From Thermoanaerobaculia bacterium (GTDB lineage: Bacteria > Acidobacteriota > Thermoanaerobaculia > UBA5066): a stretch of DNA of 64,000 nucleotides. Below, one piece after another: positions 16,870 to 27,837 of this stretch. Location: the NCBI GenBank assembly GCA_963816185.1, contig CAWFJJ010000029.1, forward strand, positions 288,001-352,000, written 5' to 3'. Both the position numbers and the translations under genes were made by a program. The stretch's first letter is position 1; each line of letters starts with the position of its first letter. The notes beneath the pieces are model-generated. The model ran no database searches and was not told the DNA's origin. It saw nothing but the letters and a program-made list of their open reading frames with translations.

Positions 16870-18444
16870 CTAGTTCCAGTGCTTGAAGTCCGGGGTCCAG
16901 TACTCCGCAAGCGTGTGGCGGAGGCCGCGGCACATGTAGATCGGGCGGTTCTCCTCGGCCATCCCCCAGGGGTGGAAGTGCTCCCCGGCCTTCTCGACCG
17001 ACCGGCAGTGATCCTCCACGCGCCGCCGGCCCCATTGCAGCCAGATGAGGTTCTCGGGCTCCCGCTTCGGCGGTCCCCAGAAATAGTGGTTCTGGTGCGC
17101 GCAGATCGGCGGCGGCAGTCCGTAGGCGGGTCCGAAAAGGTTCAGCGCGCCGGCCTCCCCGTAGTTGCTCGCGAAGATGCCGGTCTTCGCGCGTTCTTCC
17201 GGCGGCAGCGAGCGATAGATCCGGGCCACGTCCGCAACCAGCTCCTCCCAGCCGAACTGGTCTCCGAGGCGCTGCTCCAGGGGCCCGTCGTGCTCGACCT
17301 CGGTCTTCGGCGGTGCGATCCCGAGCCGCCTCTGGTAGGCGAGCAGCTTCTCGGGAGGCAAGAACGGCAGGATCGCGGGAATCAAGATCGCGCCCGCGGC
17401 GAGGACGTACGCCGCGAGGGCAACCTTCGGCCAGAGTCTCTCGCGGCTCCATGCCCGGCGCGTCAGCCAGTCTTCCACCGCCACGGCTCCGGCGGCGAAG
17501 AGCATCGGATAGATGGGGGCCAGGTAGTAGTTCTTCGCCTTGAGGACGATCATCATTCCCAAGAGCAGCACATAGGTCCAGCCGAGGACGCGCAGCCGTG
17601 ACCCTCGCCCGAAAAGGAAAGAGGCAAGCCCAGCGAACCAGATTGGAAACAGGGCGGGGTGAAGCAGGAAGATCTGCTGGCCCACGAACTCCAGCGGACT
17701 CAAGACGACGTTCTTGCCCGTTCGGCGGACATTCTCGAGATCCTCGAGGGTGGGGTAACCGTGCCGGACTTGCCAAATGAGGTTGGGAAGGAAGATCAGG
17801 AGTGCGATGCCTCCGCCTATCCAGATCCAGGGCTTGCGGAGCTCCCGGCGCTGAGGGCTGAGGAGCAACGCGGCCGCGACGGCGGCGCCGAAGAGCAGCG
17901 TCGAGTGCTTGTTCTCGAGACCGAACCCCGCAAGCACGCCGAACCACATCCAGAGCCGCGAGTCGCCCGTGCGCACGATGCGGATCAGGAAGAAGACGCA
18001 CCCCATCCAGAACAGGGCCTCGAAGCCGTTCATCGTGAGGATGCTGTCCATGCCGAGGTACATGGGCGCGGCGAGCGCGCAGATTCCCGCGAGCGCCTGG
18101 GAAAAGCGGCCGCCCCCGAGCTCGCGCGCGAGGAGCATCGTGAGCACCACGCGCGCCGCCCCGGCGAGCGCCGCGAGCGAACGCAGAACGGGCAAGGAGC
18201 CGCCGAGGAGGAGGGCGACCTTCGCGTAGAGGGCGATCAAGGGCGCGCAGTCCACGTAGCCCCAGTCGAGGTGGCGGCCGCAGTCGAGGAAATAGAGCTC
18301 GTCCCGGAAGTAGCCATATCGGCCGGCCGTCACGAGGTGGACGAGAAGTTTCGCCCCGGCCAGGACCGCCACGACGCGAAGATCGAGCGGCCCGATATGC
18401 CACCGTTCGTCGGTGCGAGTCTCGGGCCCGGTCTTCTGCGGCAT
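16870..18444 (-). CDS. Glycosyltransferase family 39 / ArnT-PMT-like membrane protein
   Basis: YGYFRDELYF, LDWGYVD, GLENK, PNLIWQ, YYLAPIYP, NYGEAGA. Confidence 0.9.
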   Translation of the reverse strand: MPQKTGPETRTDERWHIGPLDLRVVAVLAGAKLLVHLVTAGRYGYFRDELYFLDCGRHLDWGYVDCAPLIALYAKVALLLGGSLPVLRSLAALAGAARVVLTMLLARELGGGRFSQALAGICALAAPMYLGMDSILTMNGFEALFWMGCVFFLIRIVRTGDSRLWMWFGVLAGFGLENKHSTLLFGAAVAAALLLSPQRRELRKPWIWIGGGIALLIFLPNLIWQVRHGYPTLEDLENVRRTGKNVVLSPLEFVGQQIFLLHPALFPIWFAGLASFLFGRGSRLRVLGWTYVLLLGMMIVLKAKNYYLAPIYPMLFAAGAVAVEDWLTRRAWSRERLWPKVALAAYVLAAGAILIPAILPFLPPEKLLAYQRRLGIAPPKTEVEHDGPLEQRLGDQFGWEELVADVARIYRSLPPEERAKTGIFASNYGEAGALNLFGPAYGLPPPICAHQNHYFWGPPKREPENLIWLQWGRRRVEDHCRSVEKAGEHFHPWGMAEENRPIYMCRGLRHTLAEYWTPDFKHWN

Positions 18445-18590
18445 GCCGAACGAGGTACGCGGCGCGGTGTTCCCTGGTTGCGCCGGCGGACCAGAGGGAC
18501 CCGACCCGCCAAAATACTTGCCGTTGAGGCGGTTGCATCATGTCTGGCAAACGCTGACGAGACTCTAATTCAGGAAACTGAAAGGTCCGG

Positions 18591-21500
18591 ATGGAGCGCG
18601 TAATGGGGATTCGCGACGTCGGGTTCTCGGCGGCCGAAGCCGCGCTCGGGAAGGCTTTCGCCGAAGTCGCGCCGAACGCGCCCTTCGTGATCTACCAGTT
18701 CCGGGCCCGCCCGGACGGCACGTTCCATTTCCCGGTCGTTTCCTCCGGTTTCCAGGACCTCTTCGGCGTCACTCCTGGCGAAGTCGCGGAGAGTTGGAAG
18801 CCGGCCTTCTCACGCGTGCACCCGGAAGACCAGAAGACGCTCGCCGACGGGATTCTCGAGGCAAGCCGGACGCTCGTGCCGTGGCACGGGGAGTTTCGCG
18901 TGAGGAGCCCGCGCGGCGAGGTCTGGGTCGAGGGGCGCAGCACCGGTCGCCGCGAGCCCGACGGCAGCACGCTATGGTTCGGCGTCCTCTTCGACATCAC
19001 CGAGCGCAAGCGCATCGAGAAAGCCCTTCGCGAGCGCGAGGAGCAGCTCCACGCCATCTTCGATGTTGCGCCCGTGGGGATCGCGCAGGCGGACCCAACG
19101 ACGGGGCGCTGGGTGGCCGTGAACCCGAGAATGTGCGCCATCACGGGCTACTCGGAGACCGAGCTGCTCACGATGCGGGTCCCCGAGATCACGTATCCGG
19201 AGGATCGGGAGCGCGACTGGGCGCTTTTCCAGAACGTCGTGAAGGGCGAGGCGCCCGAATACCGGCTCGAGAAGCGCTACATCCGGAAGGACGGGTCCAT
19301 CGCGTGGGTGAACGTGAACATGGTCGTTCTCCGCGATGCGAACAGACGTCCGACGCGGACCCTCGGCCTGATCGAGGACATCACCGAGCGAAAGAGAGGC
19401 GAGGAAGCGTTGCGGGCCAGCGAGCAGCGGTTCCGCGCCATGTTCGACGTCGTGCCCGTGGGTGTCGCTCTGGCTGATCCCGCGACCGGGCGGTTGCTGG
19501 CCGTGAATCCGAGGATGTCTCTCATCACGGGTTATTCGGCCGAGGAGCTCCTGGGAATGAGCGTCGCCGAGATCACGCATCCCGAGGACCTGGAGCAGGA
19601 CCGAAAAATGTTCCAGGGCATCGTCAGGGACGAGGCGCACGAGTATCGGATCGAGAAGCGCTACGTGCGCAAGGACGGCGACGTTGCGTGGGTGAACGCG
19701 AACATCGTCGTCCTTCCTGACGCAGCCGGGCGGCCGACGCGAACCCTCGCGACCATCGAGGACATCACGGAACGCAAGAAGGCCGAGGCAAACATCGGCA
19801 AACTCAACGCCGAGCTCGAGGACGCGCTCCAATGGCAGCGGCAGATCTTCGAAGGGTCGCGGGACGCCGTGTTCCTGAGCGACGAGGAGGGACGGTTCGT
19901 CGCCGTCAACGAAGCGGCGACGGAGTTGACTGGTTTTTCCCGCGAGGAGCTGCTTTCGATGACGATTCCCGACCTCCACGACGATCCCGACCTCGCGGCG
20001 TACAACGCGTTCCATCGCCGCATCCTGGATGGCGAGCGGATCCTGTCGGAAGCGCCGATCCGAAGGAGGAACGGCAGCAAAGTGGCGGTCGAGTTCAACA
20101 ACAGCCTCGTCGTCATAGGCGGCAAGCGATTCATGCACACGGCGAGCCGGGACGTCACGGAGCGCAGGAGAGCCGCCGAGGCCCTCGTCGCCTCGGAATC
20201 CCGGTACCGCGTCCTCTTCGAGAACGCGGCCGAGGGGATCGTCGCGATCGACCCGGAGACCGGCCGGTTCCAGTTCTTCAATCCGTCGGTGTGTGCCATG
20301 TTCGGATACACGCCCGAGGAGTTCGGGGAGCTGACCCTTTCAGACCTTCATCCGAGAGACGCGCTCGCGCAGGCCCTCAAGGAGATCCGGGCGGCGGTCC
20401 GCGGCTTCAGGCCGAAGATGGCATCCGGAATCCCGTGCCTCAGGAAGGACGGAACGACGTTTCTCGCGGACGTCCACGGAAGCGTCGTCACTCTCGCCGG
20501 CCGAAGAGTCGCATTCGGGTTCTTCACGGACATGACGGTGCGCGTGCGGCTCGAGGAGCAGCTGCGACAGGCGCAGAAGATGCAGGCGATCGGCCAGCTC
20601 GCGGGCGGCGTCGCCCACGACTTCAATAACCTCCTGACGGTGATCTCCGGGAACTGCGAGCTGCTCCTTTCGAGCACTTCCGCCGACGACCGGCGACGCG
20701 ACTCTCTGGTGGACATTCGATCCGCGAGCGAGCGGGCCGCCTCGCTGACACGACAGCTCCTCGCGTTCAGCCGCAAGCAGATCCTCGAGCCGAGGCTCGT
20801 GGACGTGCACGAGGTCGTCACGGGAATCGAGAAGATGCTCCGCCGTCTCATCGGCGAGGACGTGGACCTGCAGACCGACCTCGCCGCCGACCCGAGCTGG
20901 GTGAAGGTCGACCCGGGCCAGCTCGAGCAAGTCGTCATGAACCTCGTCGTGAACGCGCGCGATGCGATGCCTCATGGAGGCCGCATCACGATCCGCACGC
21001 GGAACGTCGACCCGGCGGCCACCGTCGACCTCGAAGAGACGGGGGAGCCGGAGAGGCGCCCGCGGGTCGCGATCGCGATCTCGGACAGCGGAAGCGGCAT
21101 CACGCCCGAGGTGAAGGCCCATCTCTTCGAGCCTTTCTTCACGACGAAAGCGGCGGGCAAGGGCACGGGCCTCGGCCTCGCGACGGTCTACGGCGTCGTG
21201 AAGCAGAGCGGAGGCGACGTCGTCGTGGAGAGCGAGCCCGGAAAGGGCGCGACCTTCACGGTCGTCCTCCCGTCGCAGGATTCGCCGCGGCGGACTCGCG
21301 GCGCGAGCGGCACGCACAGGGCGCTTCCGCGTGGGACGGAGACCGTGCTCGTCGTCGAGGACGAGGAGGCCGTCCGGCGCATCGTGAAGATCGCGCTCGA
21401 GTCGACGGGCTATCGTGTGATCGAGGCCCGGAACGGGACCGAGGCGCTCGAGGCGATCCGCACGCACGCCGGCAAGATCCACGCCATGGTGACGGACGTC

Positions 21501-21710
21501 GTGATGCCGGAGATGAGCGGACGCGAGCTCGCGGAGCGGATCGCGAAGGAAGACCACCCCGGCTTGAAAATACTCTACATGAGCGGTTACACGGACGACG
21601 CGGTCGTGCGCCACGGCATCGTCGAGTCGGGCGTCGCGTTTCTCCAGAAGCCGTTCTCGCCTCTCGCCCTCGCGCGCAAGGTGCGCGAGGTGCTCGACGC
21701 CGCCGGCTGA
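18591..21710 (+). CDS. Multi-PAS hybrid sensor histidine kinase with a receiver domain
   Basis: Five PAS/PAC units (DITERK repeats), H-box [21 protein letters not shown]-terminal REC (VVEDE, TDVVMP, QKPF). Confidence 0.95.
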   Translation: MERVMGIRDVGFSAAEAALGKAFAEVAPNAPFVIYQFRARPDGTFHFPVVSSGFQDLFGVTPGEVAESWKPAFSRVHPEDQKTLADGILEASRTLVPWHGEFRVRSPRGEVWVEGRSTGRREPDGSTLWFGVLFDITERKRIEKALREREEQLHAIFDVAPVGIAQADPTTGRWVAVNPRMCAITGYSETELLTMRVPEITYPEDRERDWALFQNVVKGEAPEYRLEKRYIRKDGSIAWVNVNMVVLRDANRRPTRTLGLIEDITERKRGEEALRASEQRFRAMFDVVPVGVALADPATGRLLAVNPRMSLITGYSAEELLGMSVAEITHPEDLEQDRKMFQGIVRDEAHEYRIEKRYVRKDGDVAWVNANIVVLPDAAGRPTRTLATIEDITERKKAEANIGKLNAELEDALQWQRQIFEGSRDAVFLSDEEGRFVAVNEAATELTGFSREELLSMTIPDLHDDPDLAAYNAFHRRILDGERILSEAPIRRRNGSKVAVEFNNSLVVIGGKRFMHTASRDVTERRRAAEALVASESRYRVLFENAAEGIVAIDPETGRFQFFNPSVCAMFGYTPEEFGELTLSDLHPRDALAQALKEIRAAVRGFRPKMASGIPCLRKDGTTFLADVHGSVVTLAGRRVAFGFFTDMTVRVRLEEQLRQAQKMQAIGQLAGGVAHDFNNLLTVISGNCELLLSSTSADDRRRDSLVDIRSASERAASLTRQLLAFSRKQILEPRLVDVHEVVTGIEKMLRRLIGEDVDLQTDLAADPSWVKVDPGQLEQVVMNLVVNARDAMPHGGRITIRTRNVDPAATVDLEETGEPERRPRVAIAISDSGSGITPEVKAHLFEPFFTTKAAGKGTGLGLATVYGVVKQSGGDVVVESEPGKGATFTVVLPSQDSPRRTRGASGTHRALPRGTETVLVVEDEEAVRRIVKIALESTGYRVIEARNGTEALEAIRTHAGKIHAMVTDVVMPEMSGRELAERIAKEDHPGLKILYMSGYTDDAVVRHGIVESGVAFLQKPFSPLALARKVREVLDAAG

Positions 21711-21714
21711 GCGC

Positions 21715-22770
21715 TCAGCTCCCTTTCAGGCTCGCGATGTCGATCACGAAGCGATAGCGCACGTCGCTCTTGAGCATCCTTTCGTACGCCTCGTTGATCT
21801 TCTGGATCGGGATCATCTCGACGTCCGAGACGATCTTCTTCGACGCGCAGTAGTCCAGCATCTCCTGGGTCTCGGCGATGCCGCCGATCATGGATCCGGC
21901 GAGCGTCTTGCTGCCGTAGATGAGCGACATCATGGCGACGGAGGCCGGCTTCGGCGGGACGCCGAGGCAGACCATCGCCCCCTCCGGCTTGAGAAGGCCG
22001 AGATGCGTGTTGAGGTCGTGCTCGACCGAGATCGTGTCGATCAGGAGATCGAACCGCCCCGCCAGCTTCTTGAGGTTCTCGGGGTCTTTCGTGAGCTCGA
22101 AGGCGTGGGCGCCGAGCCTGCGCGCGTCCGCCTCCTTGGCGCGCGAGGTGCTGAGCATCGTGACCTCCGCCCCCATCGACGCGGCCAGCTTCACGGCCAT
22201 GTGGCCCAGCCCTCCGAGGCCCACGACGCCCACGCGCTGGTCGGGCGCGCATTTCCAGCGTTTGAGAGGCGAATACGTGGTGATCCCCGCACAGAGGAGC
22301 GGGGCCGCCGCCGCGAGCTCGAGGCCGGGCGGAACCTTCAGCGTGTACCGCTCGGCGACGACGATCTCGGTCGAGTAGCCGCCATACGTCGGCGTCTTGC
22401 GGTCCATCTCGGTGCCGTTGTACGTGAAGGCCGCCCCTTTCAGGCAGAACTGCTCGAGGTGGCGCAGGCACGGCTCGCATGCGTGGCACGAATCGACGAA
22501 ACAGCCGACGCCGGCCAGGTCTCCCACGGCGAACTTCGAGACGTCGGCGCCGACCTTCGTCACCTTCCCGACGATCTCGTGGCCCGGCACCATCGGGAAG
22601 ACGGCGCCGCTCCACTCGTCGCGGACCTGGTGGACGTCGGAGTGGCAGACGCCGCAGTAGAGGATGTCGATCTGGACGTCGCGCGGCCCCGGCTCGCGAC
22701 GCGTGATCGGGTGCGGAACGAGCGGGGCCTTCGCGGAGGGGGCGGCCCAGGCGGGGATGGGAGCGGTCAT
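21715..22770 (-). CDS. Zn-dependent NAD(P)-linked alcohol dehydrogenase (cinnamyl-ADH/YahK-like)
   Basis: GVCHSD, GHEIVG, CHACEPC, APLLCAGITTY, GLGGLGH, VRYRFVID; GGAGGA RBS before ATG 22770. Confidence 0.95.
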   Translation of the reverse strand: MTAPIPAWAAPSAKAPLVPHPITRREPGPRDVQIDILYCGVCHSDVHQVRDEWSGAVFPMVPGHEIVGKVTKVGADVSKFAVGDLAGVGCFVDSCHACEPCLRHLEQFCLKGAAFTYNGTEMDRKTPTYGGYSTEIVVAERYTLKVPPGLELAAAAPLLCAGITTYSPLKRWKCAPDQRVGVVGLGGLGHMAVKLAASMGAEVTMLSTSRAKEADARRLGAHAFELTKDPENLKKLAGRFDLLIDTISVEHDLNTHLGLLKPEGAMVCLGVPPKPASVAMMSLIYGSKTLAGSMIGGIAETQEMLDYCASKKIVSDVEMIPIQKINEAYERMLKSDVRYRFVIDIASLKGS

Positions 22771-22871
22771 GGTGGAGTCCTCCTCGTGAGCGTGACTTTC
22801 CTCGGCCACGGCAATCCTACATTCGGCTGCACGGGTGCGGGACGCCCGCCGCCCGCCTGTAGACTGAAGAG

Positions 22872-23504
22872 GTGGGCTCCTCCGAAGGCGCCGTGACGGA
22901 CCTCGCTTCGCTCCTCGGCTCGATCGACATCTACCTCTTCGATCAGATCTTGCGCGGGCGGGTCCCGGCGGGAAGCGACGTATTCGATGCGGGCTGCGGC
23001 CCGGGAAGAAACCTCGTGTACTTCCTGCGCGAGGGCTACGACGTCCGAGCGCTCGACCCCGACGCCGACGCGATCGGCGCTGTGCGCCAGCTCGCCCGAT
23101 CTCTCGCGCCGCGCCTCGACCCCTCGAATTTTCGGGCGGAGCCGGTCGAGACGAACAGCTTTCCGGACTCCTCGGCGGACTTCGTCATCTCGAGCGCCGT
23201 CCTGCACTTCGCCCGGAACCGCGCGCACTTTCGGGCGATGCTCGAAGGCACGTGGCGCCTCGTGAGGAGCGGCGGCGTCCTCTTTTGCCGCCTTGCCTCG
23301 ACGATCGGAATGGAAGGCCGCTTCACACTGCTTGGGAACGGCCGGTTCCGGCTTCCGGACGGCACCGAGCGCTTCGTCGTCGACGAAAAGACCCTGATGG
23401 CCCTCACGGGCGAGCTCTCAGGCGAGCTGATCGACCCGCTGAAGACGACCGTCGTCCAGGATCGCCGCTGCATGACCACGTGGGTCATGAGGCGGGTGGA
23501 CTGA
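22872..23504 (+). CDS. Class I SAM-dependent methyltransferase
   Basis: VFDAGCGPGRN, ISSAVLHFA. Confidence 0.88.
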   Translation: MGSSEGAVTDLASLLGSIDIYLFDQILRGRVPAGSDVFDAGCGPGRNLVYFLREGYDVRALDPDADAIGAVRQLARSLAPRLDPSNFRAEPVETNSFPDSSADFVISSAVLHFARNRAHFRAMLEGTWRLVRSGGVLFCRLASTIGMEGRFTLLGNGRFRLPDGTERFVVDEKTLMALTGELSGELIDPLKTTVVQDRRCMTTWVMRRVD

Positions 23505-24246
23505 CGGCCGCGATCACGGCGCGGGCGACTTCCTTCCCGTCTTTTTCGCGGGAGAGGAGGACGCGCGTCGCGCCCGAGGCTTCCACGACGCGCGAGAGCA
23601 GGACGTCTCCTTCGAACGCCTCGCCGCGGAAGTCCGCCTCGAACGTGAGCGGAGGGGTGGCTGCCTTCGGCGGCGCCGTCAAGAGAGCGCGCAGGATCGC
23701 CACGTTGTTCGCGTGGTCGTTCAGGTCGAGGTCGTAACGCGTCACGCGAAACGGCGTGCCGGGGGCGCCGATTTCGTCCTCCGGCGCCGCGAGCGGCTCG
23801 AACGGATCCTCGATCAGGCGCGGCGGCGACGACTTCGCCATCTCGACGAGGTCCGGCGACTGCCGCAGCGGGCGCTTCGTCGCGACGGCGAGGAGGAGCC
23901 AGGCCGACGTCGCACGGGCGAGCTCGGTTCCGTCCGCGGTGGTCACGCGGAATTCGCGCAGGGCCCAGAGGCGGTGGACGCCCGCCGGCCACGTCTCGAC
24001 CGCGATCTCCTCGCGCCAGGCGGGCAGCGCCGCGAGCTTCAGCGTGAGGCGCGACAGGATCCACGTCTGTCCGCGCGCGAGGAGCACGTCCGAGCCCCAG
24101 CCGAGCGCGGTCGCGTGGTTTCCCGCGATTTCCTGGAAGAGGTCGAAGAGGGCGGGGAGGCGCAGGCGAGCGTCCGGGCCCATCTCGCTCGCGCGGATGC
24201 GGAAGCGCTCGCGGAAGGTCGAAGGCCTGGACGCAGCGCCGCTCAT
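23485..24246 (-). CDS. Acyl-ACP thioesterase (FatA/FatB-like double hotdog)
   Basis: FQEIAGNHA, W...TWP, ATSAWLL, DLDLNDHANN; ATG at 24246 overlaps the aroF stop. Confidence 0.85.
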   Translation of the reverse strand: MSGAASRPSTFRERFRIRASEMGPDARLRLPALFDLFQEIAGNHATALGWGSDVLLARGQTWILSRLTLKLAALPAWREEIAVETWPAGVHRLWALREFRVTTADGTELARATSAWLLLAVATKRPLRQSPDLVEMAKSSPPRLIEDPFEPLAAPEDEIGAPGTPFRVTRYDLDLNDHANNVAILRALLTAPPKAATPPLTFEADFRGEAFEGDVLLSRVVEASGATRVLLSREKDGKEVARAVIAAVSPPAS

Positions 24247-25364
24247 CCGCCCGCCGCGTGCTTTTGCGCGAGCGCGCGGCGCTTCTCCCAGGTCTCGCGC
24301 GCGAGGGCGACGTCCTCGAGGAACCAGCCGAGCTCCGAAAGGAGCAGCGCCTGCGGGCCGTCCACGAGCGCTTTCGCGGGGTTCGGGTGGAAGTCGACGA
24401 GGACCATGTTCGCGCCCGCGACGACGCCCTGCGCCGTCACGTGCATGAGATCGAGGATGCCGTCCGGCGCGCGGTCGCGCGAGCCGACCGAGTGCGACGG
24501 GTCGATGCAGACGGGGAGGCGCGTGAGGCGCTTCACGACGGGAACGAGCGCGAAGTCCACGAGGTTGCGGTGCGGGTCGCCGAGGTTCGTCTTGACGCCG
24601 CGCAGGGCGAACACGATCTGCGACTTGCCCTCGCTCGCGAGGTACTCGGCGGCGTTGAGCGACTCGTTGAGCGTGATGCCGAAGCCGCGCTTGACGAGGA
24701 CGGGGAACTCCGGCTGCCGGCCGACCGCCTTCAGCAGCTCGAAGTTCTGGATGTTGCGCGTGCCGATCTGGAGCATGACGCCCGTGGGCTTGCCCGTCTT
24801 CTCCAGGCACTCGGCGATCTCGTCTACGTGGCTCTCGTGCGTCACCTCCATCGCGATGACGCGGATGCCGTGCCGACCCGCGCGCGTGAAGACCTCGGGA
24901 AGGCAATTCTTTCCGTGCCCCTGGAACGAGTAGGGATTCGTGCGCGGCTTGTACGCGCCCATGCGCGTGGTCGTCTGGTGGAACTTCTCGAGCTCTTTGA
25001 ACATCGCCTCGACGTTCTCGTCCGTGTCCACGGCGCAAAGCCCCGCGAAGACGTTCAGGTTGTCCTGCGAGAAGTCGACGCCGTTGTACGTGAAGCCGCT
25101 CGCGCGCCGGTCGTCCTTGTGGCGTCCGAGGACGCGGTATTCCTCCGACACGCGCACGACGCGCTCCACGCCTGGGAGCGTCCGGATGTCCTCGAGGGAG
25201 AGGCGATGCGTGTCGCCGATGAGGTAGACCTCTGTGACGGTTTTCAGGGCGCCTTTCACCCGGTGGACCTTGACTTCGATGTCGGGCAGGGCACGCAGGG
25301 TGTCGAGAAGCTCACGCTCCCTGGCGGGGTTCGCCGCGAGGGCGGGGTCGAGGAGGACGATCAC
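24243..25364 (-). CDS. aroF: 3-deoxy-7-phosphoheptulonate (DAHP) synthase, type I-beta with an N-terminal regulatory domain
   Basis: AGLCAVD, GAYKPRTNPYSFQG, QIGTRNIQNFELL, IDPSHSVG, ALVDGPQAL. Confidence 0.92.
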   Translation of the reverse strand: MIVLLDPALAANPARERELLDTLRALPDIEVKVHRVKGALKTVTEVYLIGDTHRLSLEDIRTLPGVERVVRVSEEYRVLGRHKDDRRASGFTYNGVDFSQDNLNVFAGLCAVDTDENVEAMFKELEKFHQTTTRMGAYKPRTNPYSFQGHGKNCLPEVFTRAGRHGIRVIAMEVTHESHVDEIAECLEKTGKPTGVMLQIGTRNIQNFELLKAVGRQPEFPVLVKRGFGITLNESLNAAEYLASEGKSQIVFALRGVKTNLGDPHRNLVDFALVPVVKRLTRLPVCIDPSHSVGSRDRAPDGILDLMHVTAQGVVAGANMVLVDFHPNPAKALVDGPQALLLSELGWFLEDVALARETWEKRRALAQKHAAGG

Positions 25365-26551
25365 GGCGCGCCCTGGGGGAGGCGGTCGACACGTCCTTTC
25401 TTCGTCGTGCGGGCCGGGTACGAGCCGAGCACTTTGAGGTACGGGCACTCGGCCGAGAGCGCGGCGACCGCCCGCGCCGCGGCATCCTCGGTCTCGGCGC
25501 CTTCGAAGTCGACGTAGAAGAGGTACTCCCACGGATGGCGCGGGACGGGACGCGACTCGAGCTTCGTGAGGTTGAGGCCGTGCGCGTCGAGCAAATTGAG
25601 GCAGTGCGCGAGGGCGCCGTGGCGGTGCGGCGTCGAGAAGACGAGCGACGTCTTCGTGGGAATGCGCGGATCGGGCGTGATCGCGACGGCGGAGACGACG
25701 ACGAACCGCGTCCAGTTCTCCTCCTGGTCGGCGACGTCGCGCTTGAGGACCTCGAGGGCGTGATGCTGCCCGGCCTCCTCCGAGGCGATCGCGGCGAGCG
25801 TGGGATCTCCCGTCTCCTTGACGTGGCGCGCGGCCTCGGCGGTGTCGATGAACGGCACGGCCGCGACGCCCGGAAGCTCGGAGAGGAAGCGGCTGCACTG
25901 CGCGAGCGCCTGCGGATGCGAGACGACTCGCGTGATTCCGGCCAGCGGGGCTCCGGGAAGAGAAAGCAGGCAGTGGCGCACCTCGAGGATCTCCTCGCCC
26001 ACGATCTTCAGGTCCGTGTGCCGGAGGAGGTCGTACGTCTCGTTGATCGAGCCTGCCGTGGTGTTTTCGATCGGGAGGAAGGCGTAACCCGCCGCGCCCG
26101 ACTCCGCCTCGCGGAGGGCGCGAAAGAACGTCGGGAAGCCGCGGAACTCCATCGCGCCCTCGCGGTCGCCGAAGTACTTTCGCGCGGCGAGGTGGCTGTA
26201 AGCACCCTCGGCGCCCTGAAAGGCCACGCGGCGCGCGTTGCCGAGCGCGCGCTCCTTGACCTCGCGATCCAGAAGCGCCTCCTCCTGCACCTTGACCGAC
26301 ATGGCGATGATCTCCCGGAAGATCTCGGTTGCGCGGAAAGGATCGAGGCCGAGCTCGCGGGCGATCGCCTCCACGCGCGCGAGAAGCCTCGTTTCGCGGT
26401 CGAGGTCGCGGAGGAACGGCGCACCCTTCGCCTTCAGCCGTCCGACTTCGGCGACCTGCGTCAGGCGCGCGGCGAGCGTCTCGAGAAGGCGGCGGTCCGT
26501 CTCGTCTATTCGCGCTCGCAGGGCTTCGAGATCTTCCATCGGAACCGTCAT
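25361..26551 (-). CDS. pheA: Bifunctional chorismate mutase / prephenate dehydratase
   Basis: LEALRARIDETD, VAFQGAEGAYS, PIENTTAG, SHPQALAQC, NWTRF, LTKLESRP. Confidence 0.95.
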   Translation of the reverse strand: MTVPMEDLEALRARIDETDRRLLETLAARLTQVAEVGRLKAKGAPFLRDLDRETRLLARVEAIARELGLDPFRATEIFREIIAMSVKVQEEALLDREVKERALGNARRVAFQGAEGAYSHLAARKYFGDREGAMEFRGFPTFFRALREAESGAAGYAFLPIENTTAGSINETYDLLRHTDLKIVGEEILEVRHCLLSLPGAPLAGITRVVSHPQALAQCSRFLSELPGVAAVPFIDTAEAARHVKETGDPTLAAIASEEAGQHHALEVLKRDVADQEENWTRFVVVSAVAITPDPRIPTKTSLVFSTPHRHGALAHCLNLLDAHGLNLTKLESRPVPRHPWEYLFYVDFEGAETEDAAARAVAALSAECPYLKVLGSYPARTTKKGRVDRLPQGAP

Positions 26552-26577
26552 CTTAGCGGGAGGGCTTCTCTCGAGCG

Positions 26578-27837
26578 GTGAAGGGGATCAGACCGCGCTG
26601 CGGTCTGCGGGCCTGGCAGGCCGGTTCGTGCCCGCGGCCCTCCGTCTCGCGACGGTGCGTGATCGCGGCCCGGCCGCGGATCTATATTCCCGGCGTGGAG
26701 GCCGCCCCCCATCGCGGGATTTCCGACCGCGCGAGCTTCGCGCTCGGCGTGTTCGGTGTGTTCACGGCCCTCATCGCGGCGAACGCGCTGCAGGCAGCGA
26801 TCCTCGGCGCGGTGCTTGGCCGGGACTTCCCGGTCGGGCGCTCCATCGGGGTGAACGCCCTGACGTGGTACGCATGGGCGGCGCTGACGCCGGTCATCGC
26901 CGTCCTCGTGAAGAGGTTTCCTTTCGGAAATGGGCGCTGGAAGACGAGCCTCCTCGTCCACCTCGTCGCGAGCATGGTGCTCTTCGCCGCGCAGTTCGGG
27001 ATCTTCAGCCTCGGCAGCCGCGCGCTAAATCTCACGCCGCCGATGTCTGCGCACCGCCTCGCATTGGGGCCGCCGCCGCCGCCGCTCGGCCCTATGCGGG
27101 AGGCGTTCCGCTGGTATTTTTTCCGGGGCGCGGGCACGTATGCCCTCATCGTCGGCGGGCTCGTCCTTCTCGAGTACGTGAGGAAGGACCGCGAGCGGGT
27201 CGCGCTCGAGGGCCAGCTCGCCCTTGCCGAGCTGAAGGCCCTGCGCATGCAGCTCCAGCCGCATTTCCTCTTCAACACGCTGCACGCGATCGGGGTCCTC
27301 ATCCACAGCGACCCGAAGGCCGCGCACCTCATGCTCACGCGCCTCGCGGAGCTGCTGCGCCTCTCGCTCGACACGGCGTCCGAGCCGGAGCTTCCGCTGG
27401 AGGTCGAGCTCGCGTTCGTGGAGAAATACCTCGCCATCCAGAAGGCGCGCTTCGGCGATCGCCTCACCGTGCGGTACGCGCTCGAGCCGGACGCGATGCG
27501 GGGCCTCGTCCCGACGCTCGTCATGCAGCCCCTCGTCGAGAACGCGCTCGAGCACGGCGTCGCGCCCCACGCGCGTCCCGGCGTGATCGAGATCGCGGCC
27601 TCGCGCACCGCCGACGCGCTCACGATCCGCGTGCGCGACAACGGAAACGGCCTTTCGGAACGGGAGGGGCGCATCAAGAGCGGCGTGGGCCTCGCGAACA
27701 CGCGCGGCCGGCTGCGTCAACTTTATGGCGACCGCTCGCGTCTGACCCTCTCGAACGCCGTCGGAGGCGGTCTCGAGGCGATCCTGGAGATGCCGTGGCG
27801 CGAGGCGCCGCTGCCGGCGCCAGCGGGGGGAACATGA
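26578..27837 (+). CDS. LytS/YehU-type membrane sensor histidine kinase (start may be GTG 26695)
   Basis: LRMQLQPHFLFNTL, QKARFGDRL, MQPLVENA, GVGLAN. Confidence 0.92.
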   Translation: MKGIRPRCGLRAWQAGSCPRPSVSRRCVIAARPRIYIPGVEAAPHRGISDRASFALGVFGVFTALIAANALQAAILGAVLGRDFPVGRSIGVNALTWYAWAALTPVIAVLVKRFPFGNGRWKTSLLVHLVASMVLFAAQFGIFSLGSRALNLTPPMSAHRLALGPPPPPLGPMREAFRWYFFRGAGTYALIVGGLVLLEYVRKDRERVALEGQLALAELKALRMQLQPHFLFNTLHAIGVLIHSDPKAAHLMLTRLAELLRLSLDTASEPELPLEVELAFVEKYLAIQKARFGDRLTVRYALEPDAMRGLVPTLVMQPLVENALEHGVAPHARPGVIEIAASRTADALTIRVRDNGNGLSEREGRIKSGVGLANTRGRLRQLYGDRSRLTLSNAVGGGLEAILEMPWREAPLPAPAGGT